NCBI GenBank assembly: GCA_965198175.1
Contig: OZ240245.1
Coordinates: forward strand, 640,001-704,000
Direction of reading: 5' to 3'
Length of the DNA: 64,000 nucleotides
From: Candidatus Poribacteria bacterium
Lineage (GTDB): Bacteria; Poribacteria; WGA-4E; PCPOR2b
Shown here: piece after piece, positions 1-10,189 of the stretch
Position numbering within the stretch: position 1 is the stretch's first letter
Layout: the number at the start of each line of letters is the position of its first letter
Program-made: the position numbers and the translations under genes
The notes under the pieces: generated by a model
Databases searched by the model: none
Told to the model about the DNA's origin: nothing
Seen by the model: only the letters and a program-made list of their open reading frames with translations

Positions 1-1204
1 TGAACGAAACCTTAATCGAAGGGACGTCTAATCCATACGGCTGAAGGCTTTTGGGGGAATCGGCGACAAATTCGATTGCCTTCAAAGAATCGACGCCGAA
101 CAGGAGATCATCGACTGCGGAGGCATCCGCCTTCAATGCAACCGGCGCTTTGATTTCCCATTCGCCATCGCTATTTTTCTCACAGACGATTTTTGCCCGA
201 CCCCGCCGCTCAATCTCAAATCGGGTTGTCGCCGTTCGCTGGAAATCAATAACGCGCTTACTTCGGAGATCGAAAACGGTTTTGTTCAGCTTGGCGTAAA
301 TTTCCCTGTTGACAGCGTAGACCGAGTCGAAGTCTGCGCGTTTTGTGTAAATTCGACCGGTTGCCTCATCATCGCCGCCGATTAGCAACGCTTGGACGCT
401 GCCGTCGGCTAAATCGAGGCGAGCTTGAATTCGCGGCGTATCGAGTCCATACTCGGCGAGATCTGCCACCCCATCTCCCTCGAAAGCAACGACCTTCAAG
501 GTGTCCAGTGCTGACAGAAGCGACTTGATTTCTTTGGAATCCGCCTCTGTCTCAATAGGCTTGTCCATCTCCCACAGATTCGCCTCACGCTTTTGGCAAC
601 GAATCTCACTCTTGCCCGTGACCCGTAGTGTCAACGCCGCAACCTCATCTAGCTTGAATTTAAAGATGAATCGATCTCGCAGATCTGACGCCGATTTCGT
701 GAAATCTTCGAGCGCACTCGATTCGATGAGGAAGATGTGCGACTCAGATGCCTCCTTTGCGTAGACTGAATAGTTAACCGTCTTCTTGCCGATGAGGAAG
801 GTCTTAGCGGGCGTTTCGCCTGTCGTCCAGAGTTCAATGTTTATCTTGGGTGGGTCGAGTTCGTACTCCACCAGCGTTGTCACTTCAAGCGTGCGCTTAA
901 TCTTTTTGTTTAGCAGGTCGCCAAGCATCTCGTTAATCTTTGTGCCCTGCGCGTCAGCGACAACGGGTTCTGTCAACTGCCAGGCGCCGTCACCATCTTT
1001 TGTGAGTGAAAGCGGCGCATAGGCAGCATCGTTGAATGAGATGTGCAGCCGTCGGATTTCGTCTTTGTCTAGTGCGTAGGCTGTGCCAATCTTCGGTTGG
1101 CGGGTGTTCGATTCATCATCAGGTTTGTCCTGAAAGAACAAGAGATACGTCCCGCCAAAGATGATGAATACAAGGAGAATTATCAGCGTTGTTTTGAAGT
1201 TCAT
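1..1204 (-). CDS. DUF4340-like periplasmic protein of a Gld-type ABC system (partial, runs off the window)
   Basis: Not in the ORF track because no stop was seen in the window. Read manually from ATG at 1204: MNFKTTLIILLVFIIFGGTYLLFF (TM anchor), then repeated units (W.LTEP...YELDPP...DLRDR; WEMDKP...YGLDTP...DLRSK). Lies directly downstream of a GldG-like gene. Confidence 0.75.
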   Translation of the reverse strand, partial: MNFKTTLIILLVFIIFGGTYLLFFQDKPDDESNTRQPKIGTAYALDKDEIRRLHISFNDAAYAPLSLTKDGDGAWQLTEPVVADAQGTKINEMLGDLLNKKIKRTLEVTTLVEYELDPPKINIELWTTGETPAKTFLIGKKTVNYSVYAKEASESHIFLIESSALEDFTKSASDLRDRFIFKFKLDEVAALTLRVTGKSEIRCQKREANLWEMDKPIETEADSKEIKSLLSALDTLKVVAFEGDGVADLAEYGLDTPRIQARLDLADGSVQALLIGGDDEATGRIYTKRADFDSVYAVNREIYAKLNKTVFDLRSKRVIDFQRTATTRFEIERRGRAKIVCEKNSDGEWEIKAPVALKADASAVDDLLFGVDSLKAIEFVADSPKSLQPYGLDVPSIKVSF

Positions 1205-1316
1205 GGAATTATCTCATCTAAGTCCAATTTAGGAGGGTGTGACGCTCCAAACGCTGCGCGATTCAGTGCTACCTTCCATCTGGTGCATGCGTTGTTCAGG
1301 CTGCATATATCTTGCG

Positions 1317-2978
1317 CTACCGTCGTCGCCACCAGACGACCAACCCGATAAGAAAGATAATCACCGGGATGAGAAAAATCGATGCAATCTGCACGAAGGC
1401 AGCTTCGCCGCGCGTCAAGAAGCGCAGGGTTCGCTCACTTGGATCGATCGGACGGATGCCGATCAGATCTTCTTCCAACGTCAGCCAGTTTGCCGCATTT
1501 AGAAACAGATCGCCGCCCCCGGTGGCTTTAAAAAAGAGGTTTGAGGCGAAGTCAGCATCGCCTACAGCAACGATACGGGTTTTCGTTTTCTTTGGTTCAT
1601 CTGCTGATATTTCGTCATCGTTCAACGATTCGACCACGACAGCAAGCGATACTGGTGGCGGTGTGTCTTCGTTCGGTGTATATTCAGGATCGGCGAAAGT
1701 ACCATCTTCTTTACGATCTGTCTCCCCCCAACTAACGCCAACCGCATCAGTCGTCTTGGCGAGAGACTTGACGTTGAGTTCTGGTCCTTCGTCCTCCTTG
1801 GGGGTGACAGAACGCGCAGCCAAAAATGTAACAGGTCGACGCATGTTTTGCACTATCCCGTGGAATTCAAAGTCAATAACAGCGGGCGCAGCAATTCCAC
1901 CAGCAAAGTCGAGTTGGAATCGATCTATCACGAGATTATTGCCAACCGCAATACCCCACCGGTCCATCAAGCGAACCAAGTTCCGATTCGGATCTTCTGC
2001 TCGCGCTATTGAAGGTTCAAACATGATGAGCAGTTTGCCGTTTTTATCGAGGTATCTCGAAATCGCGTTAATCTCGTGTCTGGCAAGCGGGGCTTTTGGA
2101 CCAGGAATAACGAGTAGCACACAATCGGCGGGGATTTGCGGTTCGGTTGTCAAAACCAGTGCCTCAACAAGATAGTTCTGCGCTTCCAATTTCTCTTTGG
2201 CTTGGGTATACCCACTTTGCTCAAAGTCGTCGATTGACCGCTCCTCATGACCTGTTAGGAAGTAGATCTTCTTTACCTCATCGCGAACCACCTTCATGAT
2301 TGCGCTCGTAAATTTTTGCTCATCAATGGTTGTTACTCGCTCCCGTTTGTCACTACTCTCAAAGACTGTCGTTGCATCGTACTTAATATCATATACCTCG
2401 GTCTTCTGCGGATCTGCGACGGGATTAACGAATTCAACCGTGAGTTTGTCCGTTTCTCGCTTGTACCTTTCTAACGTATGTTTGGCGAGTCGATATTGCT
2501 GCTGTGATCGTGGATTGTTGGGTGAGTTGCTGAAAAAGGCAATCACGCTGACCTCGCGATCTAATCCGCGCAGGACATTCTTCGTCTGATCCGATAGGGT
2601 GTAGATTTTATCCGCTGTCCAGTCCACCGCCTTATCGAATCTCTGAGCAACGATGACGTTTACGATGATGGCAATTCCAAACGCCGCCAAAAGACTGATT
2701 GTAACGTTTGCGCCGTAGCGTGCTTGGCGGCTAACAAAGAAATGCAATACTGCCTGAAATCGCTTAGCAACGAAAGCGGCAAATGTAGCAATTCCAAGCA
2801 CGAGGAAGACCCAGAAGACAGGGGATGTGCGGTAGCTGGAGAGAAATAAGCTAACCAGTGTTGCGAAAAGAAAGATGAGGCTGACAAAGCCGAGCAGTGG
2901 CCCCAGTTTATCGCTCGTTTGGGAGTTTGCATCTTTCACGTGTTCGCGGTTCGGGAGTCCGCTTTGCTCACCTGACAT
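1317..2978 (-). CDS. GldG-family / ABC-type uncharacterized transport system auxiliary protein
   Basis: 553 aa with N-terminal TMs, DWTADKIYTLSDQT, IYFLTGHEE, VAVGDADF, and a C-terminal TM ending WWRRR. Confidence 0.85.
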   Translation of the reverse strand: MSGEQSGLPNREHVKDANSQTSDKLGPLLGFVSLIFLFATLVSLFLSSYRTSPVFWVFLVLGIATFAAFVAKRFQAVLHFFVSRQARYGANVTISLLAAFGIAIIVNVIVAQRFDKAVDWTADKIYTLSDQTKNVLRGLDREVSVIAFFSNSPNNPRSQQQYRLAKHTLERYKRETDKLTVEFVNPVADPQKTEVYDIKYDATTVFESSDKRERVTTIDEQKFTSAIMKVVRDEVKKIYFLTGHEERSIDDFEQSGYTQAKEKLEAQNYLVEALVLTTEPQIPADCVLLVIPGPKAPLARHEINAISRYLDKNGKLLIMFEPSIARAEDPNRNLVRLMDRWGIAVGNNLVIDRFQLDFAGGIAAPAVIDFEFHGIVQNMRRPVTFLAARSVTPKEDEGPELNVKSLAKTTDAVGVSWGETDRKEDGTFADPEYTPNEDTPPPVSLAVVVESLNDDEISADEPKKTKTRIVAVGDADFASNLFFKATGGGDLFLNAANWLTLEEDLIGIRPIDPSERTLRFLTRGEAAFVQIASIFLIPVIIFLIGLVVWWRRR

Positions 2979-2984
2979 CAGGGA

Positions 2985-3710
2985 CTACCTCCATTTTGAT
3001 GATTCCACAGATTTTACAGTTGCGAACAGGCAAACCGTTGTGAAACTCAAAAAATAGACAACATGTTTGACGCCGACAACGCCGCGAGCAAAGTCCTGAA
3101 AGTGCTCAATGAGTGAAAGGTAGACAAAAAATTCACCGAACTGTCCCGCAAGATTCGATAGAGAACCAATTATCCAGAGGGCTAGCAGAATACCGAAGCT
3201 GGTCAAAGCCGCGACGATTTGATTCTTGCTCATTGAGGAGATGAGAAGACCGATCGAGAGGAAGGTGGACGCAAGCAGGATAAGACCGAGATACCCACTG
3301 GCGATTGAGCCCGTATCGATCTCACCGAAAGCGGCGATGAGGGTCGGAAAAAGTAGAGTCAGCAGCAACATGGTGAACGTCATCACCAAACTAGCCACAA
3401 ATTTTCCGAATACCATCTCCGTGTCGGTCACTGGCGAAGTCGACATCAGTTCAATCGTTCCGGTCTTTCGCTCTTCCGCAAAGAGTTTCATGGTCAAAGC
3501 AGGTGTGAAGAAGAGGAGAATAACGCTCATTGGGCCAAATAAGGCCTCCATTACTACGTTGCTTTGATCTTGGGAGCGAACTACACTGACGAAGATTACA
3601 GTAAATAAAATGCCGGTGACCGCTGTAAAGATAAAGAACACAAAGTAAGCAACCGGCGAAACAAAGTAGGTATACAAGTCTTTCATTGCAATTGCAGCGA
3701 TGTTCTTCAT
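2985..3710 (-). CDS. ABC-2 type permease (GldF-like)
   Basis: About 6 TMs with motifs YFVSPVAY and PALTMKLFAEERKTGTIEL. Start moved to MKNIAAIA at 3710. Confidence 0.85.
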   Translation of the reverse strand: MKNIAAIAMKDLYTYFVSPVAYFVFFIFTAVTGILFTVIFVSVVRSQDQSNVVMEALFGPMSVILLFFTPALTMKLFAEERKTGTIELMSTSPVTDTEMVFGKFVASLVMTFTMLLLTLLFPTLIAAFGEIDTGSIASGYLGLILLASTFLSIGLLISSMSKNQIVAALTSFGILLALWIIGSLSNLAGQFGEFFVYLSLIEHFQDFARGVVGVKHVVYFLSFTTVCLFATVKSVESSKWR

Positions 3711-3874
3711 AATCTGCCTTTGAGAGGAGACTGTATTCAGCGGGCAACACGAACCAGAAGCGACGAATGACACCAAACAGATCTGAACATCATTTTTTGA
3801 CGGTTCTTATTGTGGACACGTTTAGAAATCACTCGACGAATCGACGGGTTGTTTCACGCACTGTACTTCTCATT

Positions 3875-4630
3875 TCACAACGCTAACGGTTTTTGCCAGC
3901 AGACCTTGCCGACGAAGAATGGACCGAGCGATTCGATATATTTGGCGGTCTGCTGTGTCTTCCTCATGTCTTGCACAAGCCGCGACAGAGGGTACAGCTC
4001 TGGTCCCACTAATCCAATCACGAACTCATTATCATGCGAATCGAGTCCGAAACATGCCAGTCGGATATCCTGCACATGCCCTGCTTGCGCGTACGCTCGA
4101 CCAATCATCGCATGTTCGCCCAAAACCTTTCCTTGATCCGATCTTGGAAGCATGTAAAACTCCGGTTTCCGACGGAGTGGATACCAGATCACCCAGGAAA
4201 ATTCAGGGTTCAAGATGTTCCGACGCGGCTTTATGAGCAGCCAATCCTCCAGATTTGGCTCGCGTCCGGAAGAATATGTCCTGCCAATCATCGTAAATTC
4301 AGGCTTTCGACGCAGCGACGCAAACGGTTGTCTCCTCAGCAGGGACCCGAACTCGGTTACCAGATTATTCGGGTTTTCCGTCATAAAGAGCAAGCCTATG
4401 CCGGACGGATCGTGTACATCCTGATACAGGGCGATCTCCAGACCGCTGGCTTTTAAGGCTCCAACCAATTCTTGTGGTTTAGCACACCCATCGAACGCCT
4501 GAAGTTGCACAAACAATCGCCGAGTACTGACTTGAGGGACGCCGTCGATCGGAGCGCCAATTTCACGGATGTCTAACGTATCGGGGGATTGTGAAGCTTT
4601 CTCCGCGTGTGTGGAACTTTGGGGCTGCAT
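3875..4630 (-). CDS. Chlorite dismutase/coproheme decarboxylase (ChdC/HemQ)-family heme protein
   Basis: WYPLRRK (Tyr at the ChdC catalytic position), GEHAMIGRAY (proximal His), FGLD..DNEFVI, GPFFVG. Confidence 0.8.
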   Translation of the reverse strand: MQPQSSTHAEKASQSPDTLDIREIGAPIDGVPQVSTRRLFVQLQAFDGCAKPQELVGALKASGLEIALYQDVHDPSGIGLLFMTENPNNLVTEFGSLLRRQPFASLRRKPEFTMIGRTYSSGREPNLEDWLLIKPRRNILNPEFSWVIWYPLRRKPEFYMLPRSDQGKVLGEHAMIGRAYAQAGHVQDIRLACFGLDSHDNEFVIGLVGPELYPLSRLVQDMRKTQQTAKYIESLGPFFVGKVCWQKPLAL

Positions 4631-4766
4631 CTGTTGATGTACCTCACTCTTTTTTTGGGGGTTCCGCTATTTCGCGACGAGGCTTGGCTTTAACGACAGT
4701 ATACTACACCGCCCTCGTCAATTTCAAAACTAAATTGCTACAGTATAGCGACAGCATGCCACTCCC

Positions 4767-5186
4767 TCATTGGAGATGGTATAGCATGAAATAGATAACG
4801 ACTCCGGTGACAGAAACGTACAGCCACAACGGTAGTGTCAGACGTGCGATACGGCGGTGTTTGGCAAACTGTTTTCGCCAGGCAAGGTAGAGTGTTCTCA
4901 ATGCGAGCGGGAGGATGAGGGCAGCGAGGATAATATGAGAGATGAGAATGGTAAAGTAAACCGGGCGAATCCAACCACTCAGGTCAAAACTTTTGGATCC
5001 AGTGCGGAAATGGTAGACAAGGTAACTGGTAAGAAATAGCGCGGATACCACAAAAGCCGCGATCATGCACTTTCGGTGAGTTTCAATCTTCCGCCCCCGG
5101 ACCATCAAATATCCAGCAGTCAGCAAAGCCGCGCTAATTGAGTTTAGCGCGGCATTAATCATGGGTAGGTTTAAATCGGCAATCAC
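4767..5186 (-). CDS. DUF420 (CtaM/YozB-like) membrane protein, oxidase assembly factor
   Basis: INAALN, HRKCMIAAF, FLTSYLVYH, ILISHIILA, HRRIAR.TLPLWLYVSVTGV are typical DUF420 motifs. Sits in the oxidase cluster. Confidence 0.88.
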   Translation of the reverse strand: MIADLNLPMINAALNSISAALLTAGYLMVRGRKIETHRKCMIAAFVVSALFLTSYLVYHFRTGSKSFDLSGWIRPVYFTILISHIILAALILPLALRTLYLAWRKQFAKHRRIARLTLPLWLYVSVTGVVIYFMLYHLQ

Positions 5187-5247
5187 AGGGATTTTTCTTG
5201 GCGTAAGGTTTTGAGACTGATACCGAAAAATGCTTTAACCCGCCGAA

Positions 5248-5670
5248 TCAACCTTCAATGCGTTCGATGGCGGTCTTGGCGCCTTCACGCACCAATCCAG
5301 AGGGATCGTTGTGCACAATGTGCTTAAGCTTTGCCAGTGCACGTGTATCCCCGAGTTTTCCCAGCGCGACCGTTGCAAAATAGCGGACATCGTCATCCGT
5401 ATCGTCAAGGGCTTCGAGCAGAGGATCAAGATCGTTCGACGTTGCAAGGTGGCGGTCCGCATCCCCCATATTGATTAGCGTCTGCGCCGCCTCTCGCCGC
5501 GCATCCCGATCGCCGTGCCGCAGCGCGGAAATCAGTGCGTCTGTTCTTTTCGAGACGACCGGCAAATTATCCCAATCGCAATCAAGACAGAACCACGTGC
5601 TTTCGTCGACGGTCTCTACATTTTTGCTGTGGCACGCGGGGCATACTGTAACAGTCTGCTGAATTGTCAT
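5248..5670 (-). CDS. Zn-ribbon + HEAT/PBS-lyase repeat protein
   Basis: CPAC...CLDC at the N-terminus, then HEAT repeats (LLEALDDTDDDVRYFATVALGKLGD). Confidence 0.75.
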   Translation of the reverse strand: MTIQQTVTVCPACHSKNVETVDESTWFCLDCDWDNLPVVSKRTDALISALRHGDRDARREAAQTLINMGDADRHLATSNDLDPLLEALDDTDDDVRYFATVALGKLGDTRALAKLKHIVHNDPSGLVREGAKTAIERIEG

Positions 5671-6101
5671 GACTCCTGCGCCCCATCCAGTTCTGGCAAA
5701 TCACGCCAGATTTCGGGACCTTCTGGCTTAAAGTTGATTGTTGCGATGAACTGCATGCCTTGGTAGAAATTAATTTTGAATTTACCGCCGCCGAAAGTTT
5801 GCTTGATGTAGCCCATTGCATCTTCAATCAACGGACCCATTTCGTCCGCATAATAAAAGGCAAGCGGCTTAAATCGAACTGTGTTTCCAAACGGCTCTTG
5901 CACCAAGAGTCTCGCTGTAGTCGCTGGGAACATGACTTTGAAGGCTTCCCAGAGTTGGTCCATTGTCGGTTTGGGGATGCCCAGCCGCTTTTTGAAGTCG
6001 TTCTCAAGATATTCGGAGAAAAGATTAAACACCCAGTCCATATTTTGATTGAAAATTTTTGAGTCTTGATTCAGAGCGGAGTCGTTAAAAAATCCTCCCA
6101 A
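5667..6101 (-). CDS. Hypothetical protein
   Basis: 144-aa ORF whose stop overlaps the next gene's start (ATGA-type coupling at 5667-5670). TTG start uncertain. Confidence 0.65.
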   Translation of the reverse strand: MGGFFNDSALNQDSKIFNQNMDWVFNLFSEYLENDFKKRLGIPKPTMDQLWEAFKVMFPATTARLLVQEPFGNTVRFKPLAFYYADEMGPLIEDAMGYIKQTFGGGKFKINFYQGMQFIATINFKPEGPEIWRDLPELDGAQES

Positions 6102-6142
6102 TGGAAGTGTGGCAGAGGAAACTCCTCCGTGGCTTTACACTG

Positions 6143-6556
6143 TCAAAAGGTCGCCGCCTTCTCAAAAAATTCTATGTCGACCACATCGACATTCGCAAGG
6201 CGGGCATTTTCAGCGACACGTTGGACCACCATCTCCCGGACAAATGGAATCGGGATGCGTTTAACGCGGTGGACCACCTCCTCCGTGCAGCGGATTGAGG
6301 TGTTATCTAAGAATGGACCTTTGTGCGATTTCGTTTCAGCCGGATGATCGCACGTCTCCGGCACAAGCTGCTGCAAGCGCATTGAAACGTAATCGGTCAC
6401 CCAACCTTTGAGTGCTTCCCCTTTCTCCTCGCCAATCCCAGTCGGCTGGGGTTTCTGATCCAGCTTCTGACTGATGCCAACTAGCAAAGCTTCCAAGCGG
6501 TTCAATCGGTCTTCGACCGCGGATAGCCGTTCTTCAACTCTGTTTTCACTCTTCAT
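6143..6556 (-). CDS. Coiled-coil + C-terminal PCP_red-like domain protein
   Basis: N-terminal heptads (LSAVEDRLNRLEALL). C-terminal TEEVVHRVKRIPIPFVREMVVQRVAENAR matches the PCP_red pattern. GAGG RBS upstream. Confidence 0.7.
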   Translation of the reverse strand: MKSENRVEERLSAVEDRLNRLEALLVGISQKLDQKPQPTGIGEEKGEALKGWVTDYVSMRLQQLVPETCDHPAETKSHKGPFLDNTSIRCTEEVVHRVKRIPIPFVREMVVQRVAENARLANVDVVDIEFFEKAATF

Positions 6557-6679
6557 AATTTTTTCTCCTCAAATGTGCGGGCATCGTGCATGATACGTAA
6601 AACATGAAAAACTCTTGAACCTCTGAAGGTACGAGGACTTACCGTAGTGGCACGGAAAATTATATCCGTCAACTGTGTT

Positions 6680-7981
6680 TTACCGCCGAGGTCTAAACGA
6701 CGGAATTCCTGTTTTATCAAACCGATCCTTGACAGCTCTCATGATTTCCGGCGTAATTTTGAGGTAACCGTGTTCGCGAGCATATTTTTCGACGCTTTTG
6801 GTGACCATCCCCCGTGCAAAGGAGGGAACACGTTGCAATCTTTGTTGTGCAGCATCCGTCCATTGTAACTCGTAGTCAGTTTCAGCGGCAAAGGGGGTAG
6901 TCTTTTCGAACCGAACGTTCTGACCTCCAATTTGTCCCGGTTGGTATTCGCAGGACGCATCCTCAGCGAGATAGTTTCCGGTGAGAGCGTAGGCGCGGGC
7001 GCGGCAACCGCCGCAAACATCCCGAAACTCGCACGCACCGCACTTGCCTTCCAGCAGGTTCCGATCCCGCAGTTCGTTAAAGACCTTCGATTGATTCCAG
7101 AGTGTCGAGAAACTCTCCGTCTTCAGATTCCCGACGCTCACGGGCATGTACGGGCACGGCGTCAAATCGCCTTCAGGGGTGATGCGGCAATAATAGATGC
7201 CGCAGGGACAGGTACCGCTCGGATAGGCTTGCAAGAAGGGCGAATCCGATTCTTGCTCATAGATAACCCGTTTGTAGTGTGGTGCGCACTTTGCCGCGAC
7301 GAGCATCTTGCCACGATATTTTGCCTGTAACTCAAAGAGCGTCGAGAGCATGTGCTCATATTGAGCGGGGGTGATGTCCATCACCGTTTTCCCTCTGCCA
7401 GTTCTCACAAGGAAATAGAGGTTGAACACTTTTGCACCGAGTTCATAAGCGAAATCGACGATTTGCGGAATCTCATCGTAATTCCAGTGCGTCACAGAGG
7501 TCTGCACGAGGAAATCGAGGTTTGCCCGCTTGAGGGCTTCGACTCCGTTCATCGTGCCTTCCCAAGCCCCTTCCATCCCCCGGAATTTGTCGTGATTGAC
7601 CGCGTCCACTGCATCCAAACTGATGCCTGCGCCAGCAACACCGTGATCGCTCATCCTCTGAACCGTTTCATCGTTCAACAGGACGCCGTTTGTGCCCATC
7701 ACCACCAAGAATCCGGTTCGAGCCGCGTAATCTGAGATTGTCAGGATGTCAGGACGCAGCAACGGTTCGCCACCTGTGAGAATCAGGAGAATATTGGTAT
7801 TGATTTCGGCAATCTCATCAATCACGCGGAAGCACTCGGATTGCGTCAGCTCCGCATCTCGATAATACCCGTTCGGAAACTCGTTCGTATCCACAAACCC
7901 GGCGGGGAGATAGCAGTGTGTACATTTGAGGTTGCATAGCCGTGTGATATTCCATGAAACGGCTTGGATTTTCGTTTCCAT
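6680..7981 (-). CDS. Radical SAM/SPASM protein, AhbD/NirJ-like (heme b synthase-like), with C-terminal PCP_red domain
   Basis: WNITRLCNLKCTHCY (CxxxCxxC), LTGGEPLLRPD, KCAPHY, SPASM cysteines (CPCG..C..PCPY; GKCGACEFRDVCGGCRARA..C). Tail WTDAAQQRLQRVPSFARGMVTKSVEKYARE. Confidence 0.8.
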   Translation of the reverse strand: METKIQAVSWNITRLCNLKCTHCYLPAGFVDTNEFPNGYYRDAELTQSECFRVIDEIAEINTNILLILTGGEPLLRPDILTISDYAARTGFLVVMGTNGVLLNDETVQRMSDHGVAGAGISLDAVDAVNHDKFRGMEGAWEGTMNGVEALKRANLDFLVQTSVTHWNYDEIPQIVDFAYELGAKVFNLYFLVRTGRGKTVMDITPAQYEHMLSTLFELQAKYRGKMLVAAKCAPHYKRVIYEQESDSPFLQAYPSGTCPCGIYYCRITPEGDLTPCPYMPVSVGNLKTESFSTLWNQSKVFNELRDRNLLEGKCGACEFRDVCGGCRARAYALTGNYLAEDASCEYQPGQIGGQNVRFEKTTPFAAETDYELQWTDAAQQRLQRVPSFARGMVTKSVEKYAREHGYLKITPEIMRAVKDRFDKTGIPSFRPRR

Positions 7982-8015
7982 CTATCCCTTTCCCAACAGC
8001 GATTCTCTCGATTGA

Positions 8016-8519
8016 CTAACCCGCTCTCAAACTCAAAGCCAATGCGAGCACGACCATCCCTGAAATAATCGTCAAGAGTGCACAGATATTGGTTCGTCTT
8101 TCTAGCTTCACGATTGAAGGGGGAACTGTACTGTCATCAGGCTTCAAATCCGCGAGATTTGCCTGTAGCCCCCTTCCGAACACTGAGATGTATAAGCTGT
8201 GAAACAAAACCATCAATGCGACGAAGCCCATTTTGACGGTGAAGCGCACAACATAGTCCGGCGAGAACTCCATCCTCGTATTCAACCCAACAATGAAGAA
8301 GTTCATTACCCCTGTTATGAGCACCACATGAATTGCAACACGGATAATGATACGCAGGCGATCTCGAATCGCAGCGATGTGTTGAATGCTTTCAACGATT
8401 TGAAAATGCTTCCTCAGAATCGGAGTAGCGACGCTGACTGAAAAAAAGATTCCGCAAAACCAAACGATTGCAGCAATGAGGTGTATCCAGCGTATGAAAA
8501 GTTCGACGATTTGGCGCAT
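8016..8519 (-). CDS. CopD/DUF4149-like 4-TM membrane protein
   Basis: RWIHLIAAIVWFCG and VKMGFVALMVLFH motifs with 4 hydrophobic segments. Start placed at MRQIVELF. Confidence 0.6.
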   Translation of the reverse strand: MRQIVELFIRWIHLIAAIVWFCGIFFSVSVATPILRKHFQIVESIQHIAAIRDRLRIIIRVAIHVVLITGVMNFFIVGLNTRMEFSPDYVVRFTVKMGFVALMVLFHSLYISVFGRGLQANLADLKPDDSTVPPSIVKLERRTNICALLTIISGMVVLALALSLRAG

Positions 8520-8666
8520 GAATAAGTGTGCCGCGAAACGCAGGGGAGTATCTGCGGAATATGATGAATACAATTTTCCGAATGAAATGTTGCTTCTTTA
8601 TGCCTCATATGGTTCTATCGACGCATGTGTGAGAAGAACCTATTCCGTTTTCACTGTGATAAACTC

Positions 8667-9185
8667 CTACATCCCAAAGTTACCACGTGCAGAATTCATC
8701 ACTTCGGTAGTGATTTCGGTGTGTCCATTTTCGCTAGCAAACTCTTCGATGCTAGTCTTTGCCATCGGGCGGACGAAACTCGGCACGCGCTCCAAACGCG
8801 CTAATGCTTCCGGTGTCCATACCGGCCCGGTCGATTCTGTCTCTTGAAACGCGTCTGCGACAACCGATGTAAACGGACACTTGCCGCCTTCCGCCTCGGG
8901 CGTCATTGTTGCGGTTGTTTGAGGAATATGATCTGATCCAACGGTTTCTTCCGCCTGCTCATTTAGAAAGGACCGTACCATCTGCATCGGTGGCGCCGCT
9001 TCGCTTCTGCCTCCGAGCTGAACATTGAGTGACTTCAGCATTTGGGTTTCCCACGGGTTCATGTGCATTGCGAACTCAGCAAAACAATCCGGACACTCGA
9101 AGATTGCCGTTAATGACCCTTGTTCGGGCTTTGTGGCTTCCTTAAACTGCATGGCGGTGTTACATTCGAGGCATAAGAATTTCAT
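8667..9185 (-). CDS. Zn-ribbon + PCP_red domain protein
   Basis: CLEC...CPDC, a GGKCPF motif, and C-terminal WTPEALARLERVPSFVRPMAKTSIEEFA. Overlaps the Mrp stop. Confidence 0.75.
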   Translation of the reverse strand: MKFLCLECNTAMQFKEATKPEQGSLTAIFECPDCFAEFAMHMNPWETQMLKSLNVQLGGRSEAAPPMQMVRSFLNEQAEETVGSDHIPQTTATMTPEAEGGKCPFTSVVADAFQETESTGPVWTPEALARLERVPSFVRPMAKTSIEEFASENGHTEITTEVMNSARGNFGM

Positions 9186-10099
9186 GGGTTACTCCGTAGC
9201 TTATTTGCAGTTTTGTTATCAAAACACGTCTCGATTTTTTTCCCAACTTCGATTATCGCCTTTCCGGCTGGTGTTTCAGCGTTGTGCTCTAGAAAGTTTG
9301 TGCCGTCATCGGCGGCGATTGAAATACGCGGATCGAACGGAACTTTGGCGAGTAACGGAATGTTGAACTGATGCGCCGTCTCCTCCGTATTCCCGGTTGG
9401 GAACAAGTCTTCCGTTTTGCCGCAACTGGCACAGATGTATGCACTCATATTTTCGATGATGCCTATTACCGGTATGTGGGGCAATTTCTTTGCCATCGTC
9501 AGCGATTTTTTCACGACAAGCTGCGAGACCCCAGAAGGAATTGTGACCACGATGATGCCACCGAGCGTCGGTAGTAGATCGACGAGATTCGGCAAACGGT
9601 CTGAGCCGGGCGGAAGATCGATAAGCAGATAATCAAGCGCGCCCCATTCAGTATCAGATAGAAATTCGCGGAGGGCGGTCACCTCCATCGTCCCACGCCA
9701 AGTGAATGCGTCCTTCTGCGTCTGGGCTTCCCAGAGAACAGGGGTTTCGTCGTTCTTAAGGAACAGATCCATCGACATCACCTTGACGCCCAATGGATTC
9801 ACCGCAGGTTTCACACCATCAGCGTCGTAATTAATCTGTGCCGACCTCACGCCCATCATTTTGGCGATCGACGGTCCATTGATGTCAGCGTCAACTACTC
9901 CAACATTGTGTCCACGCAATCCAAGCGCTGCAGCGAGATTCGCCGTCATCAAACTCTTACCTACGCCGCCCTTTCCACTCATGATGGCAACAGTATGACG
10001 AACTGACGCGAGTCGCTTTTGTAGGCGGATGGCTTGTTGAGTCACTTGCCCAACGATGTCAGAACCGCCGTCGGCGGGTAAGTCTTTGTAGGTTTTCAT
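9182..10099 (-). CDS. mrp: Mrp/NBP35 (ApbC) Fe-S cluster carrier ATPase
   Basis: MSGKGGVGKS deviant Walker A, DADINGPS, WRG, DLPPG, IENMS..CASC. Start placed at MKTYKDL. Confidence 0.9.
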   Translation of the reverse strand: MKTYKDLPADGGSDIVGQVTQQAIRLQKRLASVRHTVAIMSGKGGVGKSLMTANLAAALGLRGHNVGVVDADINGPSIAKMMGVRSAQINYDADGVKPAVNPLGVKVMSMDLFLKNDETPVLWEAQTQKDAFTWRGTMEVTALREFLSDTEWGALDYLLIDLPPGSDRLPNLVDLLPTLGGIIVVTIPSGVSQLVVKKSLTMAKKLPHIPVIGIIENMSAYICASCGKTEDLFPTGNTEETAHQFNIPLLAKVPFDPRISIAADDGTNFLEHNAETPAGKAIIEVGKKIETCFDNKTANKLRSNP

Positions 10100-10189
10100 A
10101 AGATACACTAGGTCAACCGTTATGCGCCAACTTGAGTATGTGGAATCTAGCCCCAACCTACAACTAGTCTATCCCTCGTGTGTTGGCGG

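Noticed and set aside
460..485. Suspected frameshift in the DUF4340-like gene at a C-run
   Set aside because: Recounting gives GAT GGG GTG GCA in frame, so the reading frame continues.
1312..2175. Long plus-strand ORFs antisense to real genes (also 20730-21404, 22772-23368, 56609-57400)
   Set aside because: They overlap well-supported minus-strand genes and have no recognisable motifs.
3875..4630. True chlorite dismutase
   Set aside because: The distal Arg of Cld is not at the aligned position, and the Tyr motif and heme-related context fit a ChdC-like protein better.
6646..6672. Possible third copy of the TCACGGATATCCGTGA operator (CACGGAAAATTATATCCGTC)
   Set aside because: The spacing differs and there is no matching promoter geometry.
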